Part shown: piece after piece, positions 8,947-18,611 of the stretch | Position numbering within the stretch: position 1 is the stretch's first letter | How the letters are laid out: each line of letters opens with the position of its first letter | Sequence record: PZ229304.1 | Origin: a phage | Length of the DNA: 64,000 nucleotides | Direction: 5' to 3' (one strand) | Notes under the pieces: generated by a model | Seen by the model: only the letters and a program-made list of their open reading frames with translations | Told to the model about the DNA's origin: nothing | Databases searched by the model: none | Translations under genes and position numbers: made by a program

Positions 8947-9530
8947 TCTTTGTGTTGTTCTACATGCTCAAGCATTTCATTATATAGTGCTTTAAGATGT
9001 GGAACAACTCTTTCATCTTCAGTCTCAAAGAATTTTGTAAGCTGTTCTGCCTTAGCCTTCAACCAACAAAGATGCGCTTCAATTTCAGTATTAAAACGTC
9101 CCAGTGTTATAACACGTCCATCACGTTGAATATGGGCTTTATACTTTTTACGATCTTTTTCGTAACTACATCCTACCATAGTCCCATGAGATCTTTTACT
9201 TACTCTATAAGCTAAGAACTTGTTAAGATCTCCTGTTACTAAAAGACAGGTATCGGGAGAGTAAACTCTCCCTCCTATAATATCTTTATCAAGTTCTAAG
9301 TTTTCCCAGTTATCCCAAGTTTGCAACCAAGAGTAGAAATTGGAGAACAGTTTCCATTCTTCACAAACCGTCACCCCATTATAACAAGGATCACGTTCTT
9401 GTTGACAAGGGGAGTAACACCTCCCCAACATAGCCATCCATTTCATATAATGCGGCGTTAGTTTCTTACTACCAGGTAGCGTACTCTCGCCTTCCAAATC
9501 ATTAATACCTTCACCATATACGGTAAGCAT
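8934..9530 (-). CDS. Putative DNA-binding protein with AP2-like C-terminal region (homing-endonuclease-associated type)
   Basis: 198 aa; Cys/Trp-rich N-terminal half (W..ML.RC...C..ERDPCYNGVTVCEEW) and C-terminal YEKDRKKYKAHIQRDGRVITLGRFNTEIEA resembling AP2-type DNA-binding domains; weak call. Confidence 0.3.
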   Translation of the reverse strand: MLTVYGEGINDLEGESTLPGSKKLTPHYMKWMAMLGRCYSPCQQERDPCYNGVTVCEEWKLFSNFYSWLQTWDNWENLELDKDIIGGRVYSPDTCLLVTGDLNKFLAYRVSKRSHGTMVGCSYEKDRKKYKAHIQRDGRVITLGRFNTEIEAHLCWLKAKAEQLTKFFETEDERVVPHLKALYNEMLEHVEQHKEWTR

Positions 9531-9557
9531 AAAAACTCCTTTAAAATCAAAGAGATG

Positions 9558-12137
9558 TCAGTGACAAGACGCCCATGAGTTACCAACATCGTAACCAGCA
9601 GTTAGAGGTACATTAAGATTGTAATACTCACCAGCTTTATTAACAGCGATAGATGCTAATTCTCCAGCACGACTGTAGGCTGTAAACCAACCACCTTTAG
9701 GAGATTCATGTACGTTAGCCCAAATCTTGCCAGTACGTTTCTCTTCCTCTTCTTTCCAGGCGTTAACTTTATCCAAACATTCTTTATCAATTTTCTTTTG
9801 TTCTTCTGGATCATCAACTTGAGTCCAACCTAAAGATTCTTTAGAGAACCATTTAAAATGCACCAGATCACGAGTTACTTCAAGCTGCGCTTCATCGTGA
9901 TATGCAATCATTTGTTGAACGAATGACTTATTTTTCCAGTCATCAACAAAAAAGTCAACAGCTAATCCTTCTTCTTCGATAAGATCATCGTAGATAACCA
10001 TTGCTCTTTTTGCACAAATAACACCACCACTCTGGAACAGAGAGTTAAGTATTGCGTGTGCAGATCGTGTAGGTACTTTCCTACCATCAATACCAAGAAT
10101 GTATTTCTTACCTGTTTTAACCCAAAAATCATGCAGACGTTCTTTAAGAAGCGCAAGAGGTTTTGCAGCTTCCCAGAAAGCATCGTATACAAGCTGTCCT
10201 GTATACATATCACTACCAATGGTTTTTGCTACTTTTGCAGCTTGAGCACCATAAGTAATACCATACTTAACAGATTTAGCAGGGCTTCGTTCAAACTTAC
10301 GACCAATAGTATCAGAAATACGTCGAGCCATCATTGTATGAACATCATTAGGTTTTTCCAACAACAGAGCATTACAATATTCGTGTGGTTCCTGCTCGTA
10401 CCGCCAACAGTAGTGTGATTCTATTTTTGCCTCAAGAGAATCAAAGTCATAACCAATTTGGAAGTATTTTGGAACTTCTACACCAAATAAGTTACGCATT
10501 TCATATCCGTACAGAGATGTTACACGTGGGATATTTGCTACTAACCTATGTTTCATACGAGACGTAGCTGCATCACACGTTGCAGCAGGAGTTGGTATAC
10601 GACCATCAGCCCTTACTGCCGCCAGATAACCTTTATCGTAATCCTCTTCATCTTCTTCCCAATCAGCACCACCACCTAGAATAGAGTTTCTACGATGTTT
10701 ATACGTAAGATACTGCACAATCTGCGTAGCATAAGGAAACTTTTCACCTAGTGCTTCCAAGTTAGGACAAATATCCTTCTCTTGCCCTTTTGTAAAGGAA
10801 GGGTTAGTAAGCACTTTAACACCACGACCTTTAGCTTTAGCAATACGATCTCTTAGTTTCCATTCCAAAGTTTCTGGTGTGCACTCCAGATGATCACATC
10901 TATCCTGGCAGAAGTTAGATGCTAATGTTTGATCAACATAGTCACGAATAGCTTTCTCCATTTGTGCTTCATCTTTCTTAATCTTAGTGCCAGATTTAAG
11001 AGTGATATCTTTATCTTTATATTCAGATGGACTCCAACCTAAACCAACTAACCAATTTTTAATATGTGTCGTGTCGTCTAAAGTAGCAGGTACTGTAGGA
11101 TCACAAATAGGTTCTTCTGCTGGAATAGGGAGTTTAAACTCTTTACCTAATGCAAATAACCACCAACCATCTTCTTTTTGTACAAGTTCACCAGAATGTT
11201 TCTCTGCAAACTTTATCATGTTACTTGAAGGTTCACCATTCTTTTTAAACTGTAGTTTAGGTGGAATGAATGATTTCAAATAACCTTTAGTAGCAGGTTT
11301 AGGAGGTAGTACAGGTTCTGCCTCTAAACGACATGCTTCCATTCGAGCATCCAGATCACGAATATTATCTTCTGCTTGTTTCATATTGAAAGCAAAGCCA
11401 CGGTGCTCTTGACGTGTAATAATATCAGCTACACGTTGTTCTAAGTTAAATGGTTCAGACCACTTACTATAATCGCCCCACTCTTCCATCAAATAACGGA
11501 ACACTGCGGTGTTAGCTTTGTTATCGTAAATACAGTAATACAGCATATCTGCTGCAAATGTTCTAAATCTTTCAGTTTCAGGAATGTTTTTTCTGAAATC
11601 AATTTTAACATCCCCTCCAGCTTTCTTAGATAACTCTGCCAGACTATGACCACCGAAGCGATCAGGGTTTAGTGTCTTACTTAAGATCATAGTATCACAA
11701 ATTTCAATGTTACTATTACCCCAAGTATTGTACTTAATACTGTAGTTGAGTTTAAAAAATAATTTAATTGCCAGTAAGTCGAAGTTAATGATGTTGTGTC
11801 CAACTACTTTGGTAATTTTATAGTTTGAATTACCTTTAAATTTACCTGTTCCATTTACAAAATCAGGAAAATCTTTAAGAGGGAAATGGGTATATTCTAA
11901 ATGCTCATATTCCTCCAGTCGGTATTCATACTTTCCGTCAGTCTCAACATATGGACGACCATCGAAAAGATATTTATCACCATCATGGAAAGCAATAATC
12001 TCTCCAGTATCATGACTTTCGCACACAATACAGTGCATTGCAAAACTATCTTTTAAACGATATGGACTTGCCAAGTAATCTACACTTTCGTCATTAAGCA
12101 AGTTGTTACTTTCAATGTCGAAAGTAAAAGCTCCCAT
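9558..12137 (-). CDS. DNA polymerase, family A (T7 gp5-like) with 3'-5' exonuclease domain
   Basis: 859 aa; N-terminal FDIES exo motif; several segments recognisably similar to T7 DNA polymerase as recalled from memory (RFGGHSLAELSKKAGG; IDGRKVPTRSAHAILNSLFQSGG; C-terminal GNSWASCH). Confidence 0.9.
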   Translation of the reverse strand: MGAFTFDIESNNLLNDESVDYLASPYRLKDSFAMHCIVCESHDTGEIIAFHDGDKYLFDGRPYVETDGKYEYRLEEYEHLEYTHFPLKDFPDFVNGTGKFKGNSNYKITKVVGHNIINFDLLAIKLFFKLNYSIKYNTWGNSNIEICDTMILSKTLNPDRFGGHSLAELSKKAGGDVKIDFRKNIPETERFRTFAADMLYYCIYDNKANTAVFRYLMEEWGDYSKWSEPFNLEQRVADIITRQEHRGFAFNMKQAEDNIRDLDARMEACRLEAEPVLPPKPATKGYLKSFIPPKLQFKKNGEPSSNMIKFAEKHSGELVQKEDGWWLFALGKEFKLPIPAEEPICDPTVPATLDDTTHIKNWLVGLGWSPSEYKDKDITLKSGTKIKKDEAQMEKAIRDYVDQTLASNFCQDRCDHLECTPETLEWKLRDRIAKAKGRGVKVLTNPSFTKGQEKDICPNLEALGEKFPYATQIVQYLTYKHRRNSILGGGADWEEDEEDYDKGYLAAVRADGRIPTPAATCDAATSRMKHRLVANIPRVTSLYGYEMRNLFGVEVPKYFQIGYDFDSLEAKIESHYCWRYEQEPHEYCNALLLEKPNDVHTMMARRISDTIGRKFERSPAKSVKYGITYGAQAAKVAKTIGSDMYTGQLVYDAFWEAAKPLALLKERLHDFWVKTGKKYILGIDGRKVPTRSAHAILNSLFQSGGVICAKRAMVIYDDLIEEEGLAVDFFVDDWKNKSFVQQMIAYHDEAQLEVTRDLVHFKWFSKESLGWTQVDDPEEQKKIDKECLDKVNAWKEEEEKRTGKIWANVHESPKGGWFTAYSRAGELASIAVNKAGEYYNLNVPLTAGYDVGNSWASCH

Positions 12138-12205
12138 TCTCCCTCCTTAAAATATTTCTAAAGTCTTAATTTGTTAATACTGTACCATAAATTAATTGTT
12201 TTGTA

Positions 12206-12223
12206 AAGGGGCTTTCGCCCCTT
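12206..12223. terminator. Hairpin AAGGGGC-TTTC-GCCCCTT between hypothetical gene and DNA polymerase
   Basis: 7-bp perfect GC-rich stem with T-rich flank. Confidence 0.4.
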
Positions 12224-12227
12224 CTTG

Positions 12228-12623
12228 TTATTTATTGTCAGCACTTAATTGTACTTTAATAAGGCAATTAGGGACACCATTGGTATTTCTCAAGCCTACA
12301 CGGTCAATTTTAACTGTCCCTGTTAAGCCACTAAAAGTGGAAACAATGTTATTAATGTTTTCATCCTTACTAGCGATATCAAGAACAACTTTATCACTAA
12401 CATTTTTCAGCATACGATCTACAAGCTCTCCCACAAAACCACTGGTAGTTTGAATGAGAAGGTATAGGCAACCATCCTCAAACCACAAATGTTCACCATA
12501 AGCATAACCGTATGGTTCTAACTCCGATCCATCTTGAAATTTAAACTTAGCAACAGTTTTTGTATAATCATACCCTAACGCAGAAGGGGATACTCCATAA
12601 AGGATATTTTCGTTGTCTTTCAT
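12228..12623 (-). CDS. Hypothetical protein
   Basis: 131-aa ORF between primase-helicase and polymerase genes. Confidence 0.4.
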   Translation of the reverse strand: MKDNENILYGVSPSALGYDYTKTVAKFKFQDGSELEPYGYAYGEHLWFEDGCLYLLIQTTSGFVGELVDRMLKNVSDKVVLDIASKDENINNIVSTFSGLTGTVKIDRVGLRNTNGVPNCLIKVQLSADNK

Positions 12624-12632
12624 ATTTTCTCC

Positions 12633-14405
12633 TTAATAAGAACCAGCAGGAATATTCTCTGGGTTACTTGTGTATTGATCGTAATCGTGAAGTGTAGCTG
12701 TTTTAATCTCATAGAAGAAACTACCTGCTGCACCAGTCTCTGAGAACTCACGGTTCTTTAGAATGTAGCAATATGTGCGGTTACGCTCCATAGGATCTTC
12801 AGCTTGTTTATCACGCTCCAGCGCAATTGTGATACCAGCACCTTTAGCAAGGAAGCTACTACCCATTGCATCATCTTCTACAATATGCTCATTACTATTG
12901 TTAGAAGACTTTTTAACGTGTGAAATTACAACAATGGTGATTGCGTACTCTTTCATAATGCGTTTGAGCCACGTCGCAAGTTCCTCTTGTTGTGACACGT
13001 CCATACCAGAAAGCAAATCAGAATAAGGGTCGATAACAAGAATGGTTACTCCGAAATAAATAATCATTTCCAGAACCTTCTCTTTAATCACATCTACGTT
13101 AGCTCCACGATCATCACAAACATAGAAACGTGGTGTTCCATCTTCCCGTTCGTAAAAATCACGAATCTTTTCTTCATTATCTTTTAAAATCTTTTCCTTC
13201 TCTTCCTTTGTCTTACGGTGAAGAGGGATATGCAAGAATGAAGACAGTAAGTTACGAGAATACTTCTTATACGTTGCCTCCAAAGATAAAATACCAAGAG
13301 TATGTTCTGGGTGTGCAAGAATAATGTGCTTCGTAATCTCGTTAACCAACAGTGTCTTACCAATACTTGTTTTTGCAAGTATAACAGTAATTTCTTCTTC
13401 TACCAAGCCTCCACCTAACATATTAGAAGCAACACGCATGAATGGAGGAAGTGTGATCATTTTAGCTTCCAAGCATTCCAGGGCTGCTTCATACAGTACG
13501 TTAGAAGCATAAACACCAGCAGGTGTGTACAGTTTAGCTTTGAAAAAGCGATCAATAAAATGATCAATTTTTCCTTCTACTAACGCCTGGTTAGGATCTT
13601 TAACATCCGTTAGCTCCATCACGTAAACTTTATTACGTGGTAAGATTTTAACACATTTCTCAACCGCTGCACGTCCAGCTTCATCATTATCCATACACAG
13701 AACAATCTTTTTAAATTGATCTAAGAATTTATAACGATGTTGAAGCTGTTTATGTAGAGATGTTTCGCCACAAGTACCAGATACTACAGCAGGAACAGGA
13801 TATTTACCACCCTTGTTATAATCTTTTAGCATCTGTGTTGCAGCCAGCATATCGTGTTCACCACCAACGATTAGAATAGTACCGCTGTGGTTACGATATT
13901 TAAACTCACCAAAAAGATCACAATCCTTTCCTGTTTCACCAATAGGATGCGAAAAATCTTTTGGATCAATACGTTGTTTATACCCAGCAATATTGTAATC
14001 TTTAGTTGTAGGGTATAGTGTTGAAATTACTTCGCCAGTGGCTTCATCGTACATATAGCGTACACCGAAAGGTTTAGAGATATCTTCACGAATACCACGA
14101 TAACCTTTTGGATTAGTTCCAGTGCTGGCTTTTAGCTTATCATGCACTTCTGGATTAAACTCACTACCCAAGATATCCTCCTCTTCAATTTCTTCGCCGT
14201 GTGCATTTAACCATTTTTGATCAGGGATAGTAAAGCCACAAGAAAAACAATGTGCGCCTCGATGGTCTTCATCGGCATCTAAGCCATATACCATTAAATT
14301 GTTTTGTGATCGATCACGTCCTCCTTTCATACAACGAGGACACCCAGTATGTCCTTCTTGACTTAGATCAATGTTATACCCATATTTATTTACAACATAA
14401 GACAC
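12633..14405 (-). CDS. Bifunctional primase-helicase (T7 gp4-like)
   Basis: 590 aa; N-terminal zinc-binding CPRC...HCFSCG primase finger, central primase region, C-terminal DnaB-type helicase with Walker A (AKTSIGKT); adjacent to family-A polymerase. Confidence 0.85.
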   Translation of the reverse strand: MSYVVNKYGYNIDLSQEGHTGCPRCMKGGRDRSQNNLMVYGLDADEDHRGAHCFSCGFTIPDQKWLNAHGEEIEEEDILGSEFNPEVHDKLKASTGTNPKGYRGIREDISKPFGVRYMYDEATGEVISTLYPTTKDYNIAGYKQRIDPKDFSHPIGETGKDCDLFGEFKYRNHSGTILIVGGEHDMLAATQMLKDYNKGGKYPVPAVVSGTCGETSLHKQLQHRYKFLDQFKKIVLCMDNDEAGRAAVEKCVKILPRNKVYVMELTDVKDPNQALVEGKIDHFIDRFFKAKLYTPAGVYASNVLYEAALECLEAKMITLPPFMRVASNMLGGGLVEEEITVILAKTSIGKTLLVNEITKHIILAHPEHTLGILSLEATYKKYSRNLLSSFLHIPLHRKTKEEKEKILKDNEEKIRDFYEREDGTPRFYVCDDRGANVDVIKEKVLEMIIYFGVTILVIDPYSDLLSGMDVSQQEELATWLKRIMKEYAITIVVISHVKKSSNNSNEHIVEDDAMGSSFLAKGAGITIALERDKQAEDPMERNRTYCYILKNREFSETGAAGSFFYEIKTATLHDYDQYTSNPENIPAGSY

Positions 14406-14417
14406 ATGATTCTCCTA

Positions 14418-14687
14418 CTAAAATGATTCGTTTGTCTCCATAATATATTGCATTTCCAAATCTTCCATATGTTTCTTAAATTGGTAAACAATTTCCGATG
14501 GGGAAATATCTATATCAAAAAGTTCTTTTGTACCAGAATAAAACCTAATACCATCAACAATAAGACCACCATAATAATCCCAATCACTTTCTCGTGAGAA
14601 AGGATTAGGTTCTTCATAATAGTAATCTACTTCAACAATAATAGGTTCTTTATTATCTTGTTTATACTCAAAATCAAAAGTGTTCAT
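14418..14687 (-). CDS. Hypothetical protein
   Basis: 89-aa acidic/aromatic-rich ORF in array. Confidence 0.35.
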   Translation of the reverse strand: MNTFDFEYKQDNKEPIIVEVDYYYEEPNPFSRESDWDYYGGLIVDGIRFYSGTKELFDIDISPSEIVYQFKKHMEDLEMQYIMETNESF

Positions 14688-15631
14688 TATAAATCCTCGA
14701 TAAGCAGTCTGCGGGTTTCATTTAAATCATCAATATTGTAGTTATCTCTTACATACTTAGCAAGAGCTAATCCTTTCTCAATACAAACATCAGGAGATTC
14801 GATTAAGTATTCTACAATATCTTTCCACTCTTTAACTGAATCAGCAAAGAAGATTAGATCTTTAAATTCTTCAGTATAATAGTTCTCCCGTGGTGAACAA
14901 ACGAGTGGCAAACCTTTAGCACCAGCTTCAAGAATTTTTAAATTACTTTTGGCATTATTAAAATGATTATTTACTAATGGAGCTATGGAGATTTGATGAC
15001 CATCGTATGCTTCCATATAACACTCATAAGGACGAATACCTTCATAAACACAATCTGGTTGAATATCTTCTTTAATTTGCAACCATTGAGCACTACTTAA
15101 CTCTTCATGATCTCTACGAAATCCACATAAAGTTAAATCTTTACCAAAACTAGGAAGAATAGCTAAATCATGTTTATGTGTTTCACTTCCCGCCCAAACC
15201 AGTGGACTTTTAGAATAACGATCTTTCGTAAGAACAAACTGTCCTTCATCAAAAGGTAGTCCATTAGGCACAATATGTACATTATCATTGTATTGGCTTA
15301 ATTCAACCTTTAATGCTGGAGTTGTTGTAGTTACAAGATCGCTTCTTTCAAGGAACCATTTTAGATCATCTCGGATTTGATTTTCAAATAATCCTTCAAG
15401 CATATGTCCTTCAGGGATAATTAAAGAATCATCCAGATCCATTACCAATTTAAACCCAAGTTGTTTAAGAGCCAGGAAACCTGGCTTTCCACGGGTTGGT
15501 ACTCCATTGAACACAAAAATATTATGCTTAGGATTGATGGTCAGTTTGCGTTTATATGGCAAAATGATTCTATGAAAATCACATACACTATACTTTTCAT
15601 TTCCGCGTGTGTCAAGAATAATATTAGGCAT
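14687..15631 (-). CDS. Glycosyltransferase-like protein (GT-B fold, group-1-like), paralog A
   Basis: 314 aa; clear paralogy with the next gene (CDFHRI...DLDD...VTTTT...PNGLPFDEGQFVLTKDRYS...WAG...ISIAPLV.N.FNNAKSNLKILEAGAKGLP); EAGAKGLP(L/I)(V/I)CSP resembles the EAmAxGxPVVas motif of group-1 glycosyltransferases. Confidence 0.5.
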   Translation of the reverse strand: MPNIILDTRGNEKYSVCDFHRIILPYKRKLTINPKHNIFVFNGVPTRGKPGFLALKQLGFKLVMDLDDSLIIPEGHMLEGLFENQIRDDLKWFLERSDLVTTTTPALKVELSQYNDNVHIVPNGLPFDEGQFVLTKDRYSKSPLVWAGSETHKHDLAILPSFGKDLTLCGFRRDHEELSSAQWLQIKEDIQPDCVYEGIRPYECYMEAYDGHQISIAPLVNNHFNNAKSNLKILEAGAKGLPLVCSPRENYYTEEFKDLIFFADSVKEWKDIVEYLIESPDVCIEKGLALAKYVRDNYNIDDLNETRRLLIEDL

Positions 15632-15642
15632 ATCGCTCCTTA

Positions 15643-16617
15643 TTAAAGACTTTCAATAACTTGACGACGCAGTTCATTGGCATCTGCAAGATTATAATTA
15701 AGACGAACGTGTTCTGCAAGCATCATACCACGATCTTCTGTGTATCTAGGGTTTCTCATTAGCTTCACAACTTCATAATGCCAAGATGCTTTAGAGTCTG
15801 CATAGATAACAGCCTTTGCATCTACCGGATTGAAGTACGGCAGCACAGGAGAACAGATAATAGGAAGACCCTTTGCACCTGCTTCCAAAATCTTCAAATT
15901 GCTTTTACAGTTGTTGAAGTCATTATCTACCAGAGGAGCAATTGCAATACTGTGACCGTCATACACAGACATATACTCACCTAAATTTTTAATAGCTGGT
16001 TTATACTGTGCATTTGGAATTTTACGTTTTACTTTAACCCACTCCGCAGTAGTTAGATACTGACTATTATTTCCAACAGGTGCAGAAGGATACACTTCAT
16101 ACCCTGCAATTGTCAATAGTGTATCATCAAATGTATTAGCTACAAGAGATAAATCAGGTTCATGGCTTGCTCCTCCAGCCCAAATAATAGGCGTGTCAGA
16201 ATAACGGTCTTTTGTCAAAGTAAATTGACCTTCGTCGTAAGGTAGTGCGTTTCTAATAACGACAACATTACGATTTAAATGACGAATTTTGTAAGCTAGG
16301 TATTCTGTTGTTACTGTAACAACATCTGCTAACTTAACCATTTCTACAATAGTCTTTGAATGATTAGTAAATACGCCAGCCATATAATGTTCAGGATTAA
16401 GTGAATAAAAGTCATCTAAATCAACAATAATCTTAACACCTTGTGCCTTCAGGCGTTTAACTTCGTCTGCTCCATGAGAATACACTCTATTAAAAACTAA
16501 AACGTCTTTCTTAGGTTTAAACGTATTTCCAGCAAATGGCATTACAATACGATGGTAATCACAACCACTGCCTAACTTATTATCACACTTAAGTACAGGA
16601 GTATTAGGATTTACCAT
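15643..16617 (-). CDS. Glycosyltransferase-like protein (GT-B fold, group-1-like), paralog B
   Basis: Paralog of 14687..15631; start set at the ATG at 16617 preceded by GAGGAGG (the ORF-track start at 16656 lacks an RBS). Confidence 0.5.
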   Translation of the reverse strand: MVNPNTPVLKCDNKLGSGCDYHRIVMPFAGNTFKPKKDVLVFNRVYSHGADEVKRLKAQGVKIIVDLDDFYSLNPEHYMAGVFTNHSKTIVEMVKLADVVTVTTEYLAYKIRHLNRNVVVIRNALPYDEGQFTLTKDRYSDTPIIWAGGASHEPDLSLVANTFDDTLLTIAGYEVYPSAPVGNNSQYLTTAEWVKVKRKIPNAQYKPAIKNLGEYMSVYDGHSIAIAPLVDNDFNNCKSNLKILEAGAKGLPIICSPVLPYFNPVDAKAVIYADSKASWHYEVVKLMRNPRYTEDRGMMLAEHVRLNYNLADANELRRQVIESL

Positions 16618-17290
16618 ATTTTTGAGCCTCCTCATAAGAGATAAAAGTTTTACCATTGCGAAGATCCTCCAGTGATTGTTTATATTGTTCCCAGTTTACA
16701 CCAATCCCCTGTTCTTTCTCTTCTTTTGACAGATTCGCAAAAGGTAAAGGATTGTCTCCAAACACATCGTCAGGATGGATAAACGCCATAATTCGAATAG
16801 GACATGGTACGCCTGGAATACCTCGGTTCAAACCTGCCAGCGGAACGCGCTGAATCCACTCTGCATCTTCATATCCATAACCGTGGGTGTATGAGCGGAA
16901 ATAGCCAGCTTTCTCAATAACTGCACGGGAATACATACCAAACTGGCACATCCCTAGTTCCCAAATAACCACTTCCCCTTCAATACCTTTTACTTTATCT
17001 TTAAAGTATTCAGGCATACCAAAGAAATCCCAACCATTTTCCTTCGCCTGTTTTACAAAATATGTTTCCCAACCTTGAACAACAGGATAACAATCATCAT
17101 CAAAAATAAACCAGTAATCATACCCTTCATCATAAAACTTTTTCATCAGTTCATTACGAGCATATGCAACACCTTTTCGTTCCCGATCATACTGTACAAC
17201 AAAAGTAGCATTAGGATCAGTCACAAGATAGTCTTTAAGAGGACGCTTACCTACAGTAATAACACCAACACCAATTTTTGTATTTTCCAA
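16604..17290 (-). CDS. Glycosyltransferase-like protein (GT-A-like, DxD motif)
   Basis: 228 aa; WFIFDDDCYP resembles the DxD nucleotide-sugar/metal-binding motif of GT-A enzymes; clustered with the two GT-B-like paralogs. Confidence 0.4.
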   Translation of the reverse strand: MENTKIGVGVITVGKRPLKDYLVTDPNATFVVQYDRERKGVAYARNELMKKFYDEGYDYWFIFDDDCYPVVQGWETYFVKQAKENGWDFFGMPEYFKDKVKGIEGEVVIWELGMCQFGMYSRAVIEKAGYFRSYTHGYGYEDAEWIQRVPLAGLNRGIPGVPCPIRIMAFIHPDDVFGDNPLPFANLSKEEKEQGIGVNWEQYKQSLEDLRNGKTFISYEEAQKYGKS

Positions 17291-17299
17291 AATAACTCC

Positions 17300-17863
17300 T
17301 TAAATAATTTTATTCATGTCTTGACAATGTAAAAGGTGTGAAACAGCTTTTCTAGGATCATCGTTACCTAAACGGTAGGTGTGAAATAAATATAACCCAC
17401 GTAGTAAACCTAGCCTTTTATTGTTAGCGTGTAATGCTTTAGAGAAAATTATATCAAACTGTATTGATCTTTCCTCAAAAGGGATTTCATTCCACAGACT
17501 CTTACGAAAGAGAAGAAAGAATCCTGCTAAGATAGCATCTGTAGGTACTTCCTCTATTGAGTTTCCCCATTCTAGATGTGCTCTTTTTGCAATCTCAATG
17601 TGGTGTAATATATTTGGATCTTCACTTCTTTCATTATTAAATAATTGATATGTTGATCCCAATCTATTACAAGATGCACCAAGAACATCAAAATCAGGAT
17701 TTGAACGAACTATTGATTCCAGCCAAGCAGGTTGTTCTGGAAGAAGAAACATTGTATCAATGTCTCTTAGGCAAATCCAACTATCTTCTGGTAAGACACT
17801 TATTGTGTCATTGATACCTTTTCCAATATCTCCAGAAAGATAGGGAGTTATGTGAAATATCAT
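17300..17863 (-). CDS. Hypothetical protein, possibly a fourth glycosyltransferase-like protein
   Basis: 187 aa; CLRDIDTMF DxD-like motif; weak. Confidence 0.3.
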   Translation of the reverse strand: MIFHITPYLSGDIGKGINDTISVLPEDSWICLRDIDTMFLLPEQPAWLESIVRSNPDFDVLGASCNRLGSTYQLFNNERSEDPNILHHIEIAKRAHLEWGNSIEEVPTDAILAGFFLLFRKSLWNEIPFEERSIQFDIIFSKALHANNKRLGLLRGLYLFHTYRLGNDDPRKAVSHLLHCQDMNKII

Positions 17864-17920
17864 ACTCCCTCCGTATTATTACTTTAGCATTTTTAGACTA
17901 AAAAGTCCAAATGGTTTTAC

Positions 17921-18115
17921 CTATTGATTACGTTTTGCGAGTTCCATTTGGATAGCTAAACTGTGATCTCGTGCTTCCATATACTCTTTATATGTTTCAT
18001 TAAGATGATCACGACAAACATCACGCAGTTTAATCAGTTTATCTGTAGGGATACCACTAAGATCATCCCAAGATTTTACAACTTCACCAGTATCATTGAT
18101 CCCAATGGTTTTCAT
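17921..18115 (-). CDS. Hypothetical protein
   Basis: 64-aa ORF in array. Confidence 0.35.
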   Translation of the reverse strand: MKTIGINDTGEVVKSWDDLSGIPTDKLIKLRDVCRDHLNETYKEYMEARDHSLAIQMELAKRNQ

Positions 18116-18371
18116 CTACAACCTCCTTAATTGCTACAGCACAGTTTTTGCAGATACACTGCCCTTTACCTTTAGAAATCTGGATGTAAGGTTCATTTTC
18201 ATTTTCGCCCTTACGTGAGTCATATATTACAGAATTGAAGCACACAACGCAAATATTTTTTAAGATTGTATACTTATCAACTTTCTTTTTTGTTTTAAAG
18301 TTAACTTCAATAACATCAGCCATCAGTGTAACACTCCCAGTATGTTGTTTTGTGACATAACCATAGAACAT
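18093..18371 (-). CDS. Hypothetical protein with CxxC...CxxC zinc-ribbon-like motif
   Basis: CVVCFN ... CICKNC spacing suggests a zinc ribbon; real start may be the internal MADVIEV. Confidence 0.35.
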   Translation of the reverse strand: MFYGYVTKQHTGSVTLMADVIEVNFKTKKKVDKYTILKNICVVCFNSVIYDSRKGENENEPYIQISKGKGQCICKNCAVAIKEVVDENHWDQ

Positions 18372-18601
18372 TCAACATTATCGTGACTACGTGAAAAACG
18401 TTCCCAAACATCTTCATCGACTCGTAAAGCTATACAAGGATAGACGTTATCATTGATCATTTCAATTGAATAAACATCCACATTGTCTTCGTCTTCGATG
18501 AACATCATTGCAAACTGTTCTAAATGTTTCCTAATGTAATGTACATCCTCTTCTGTAAGACCAATAACAAGATAACTTGCAACGATAACGCCATCTTTCA
18601 T
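18323..18601 (-). CDS. Hypothetical protein
   Basis: 92-aa acidic ORF in array. Confidence 0.35.
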   Translation of the reverse strand: MKDGVIVASYLVIGLTEEDVHYIRKHLEQFAMMFIEDEDNVDVYSIEMINDNVYPCIALRVDEDVWERFSRSHDNVECSMVMSQNNILGVLH

Positions 18602-18611
18602 CTATATCTCC

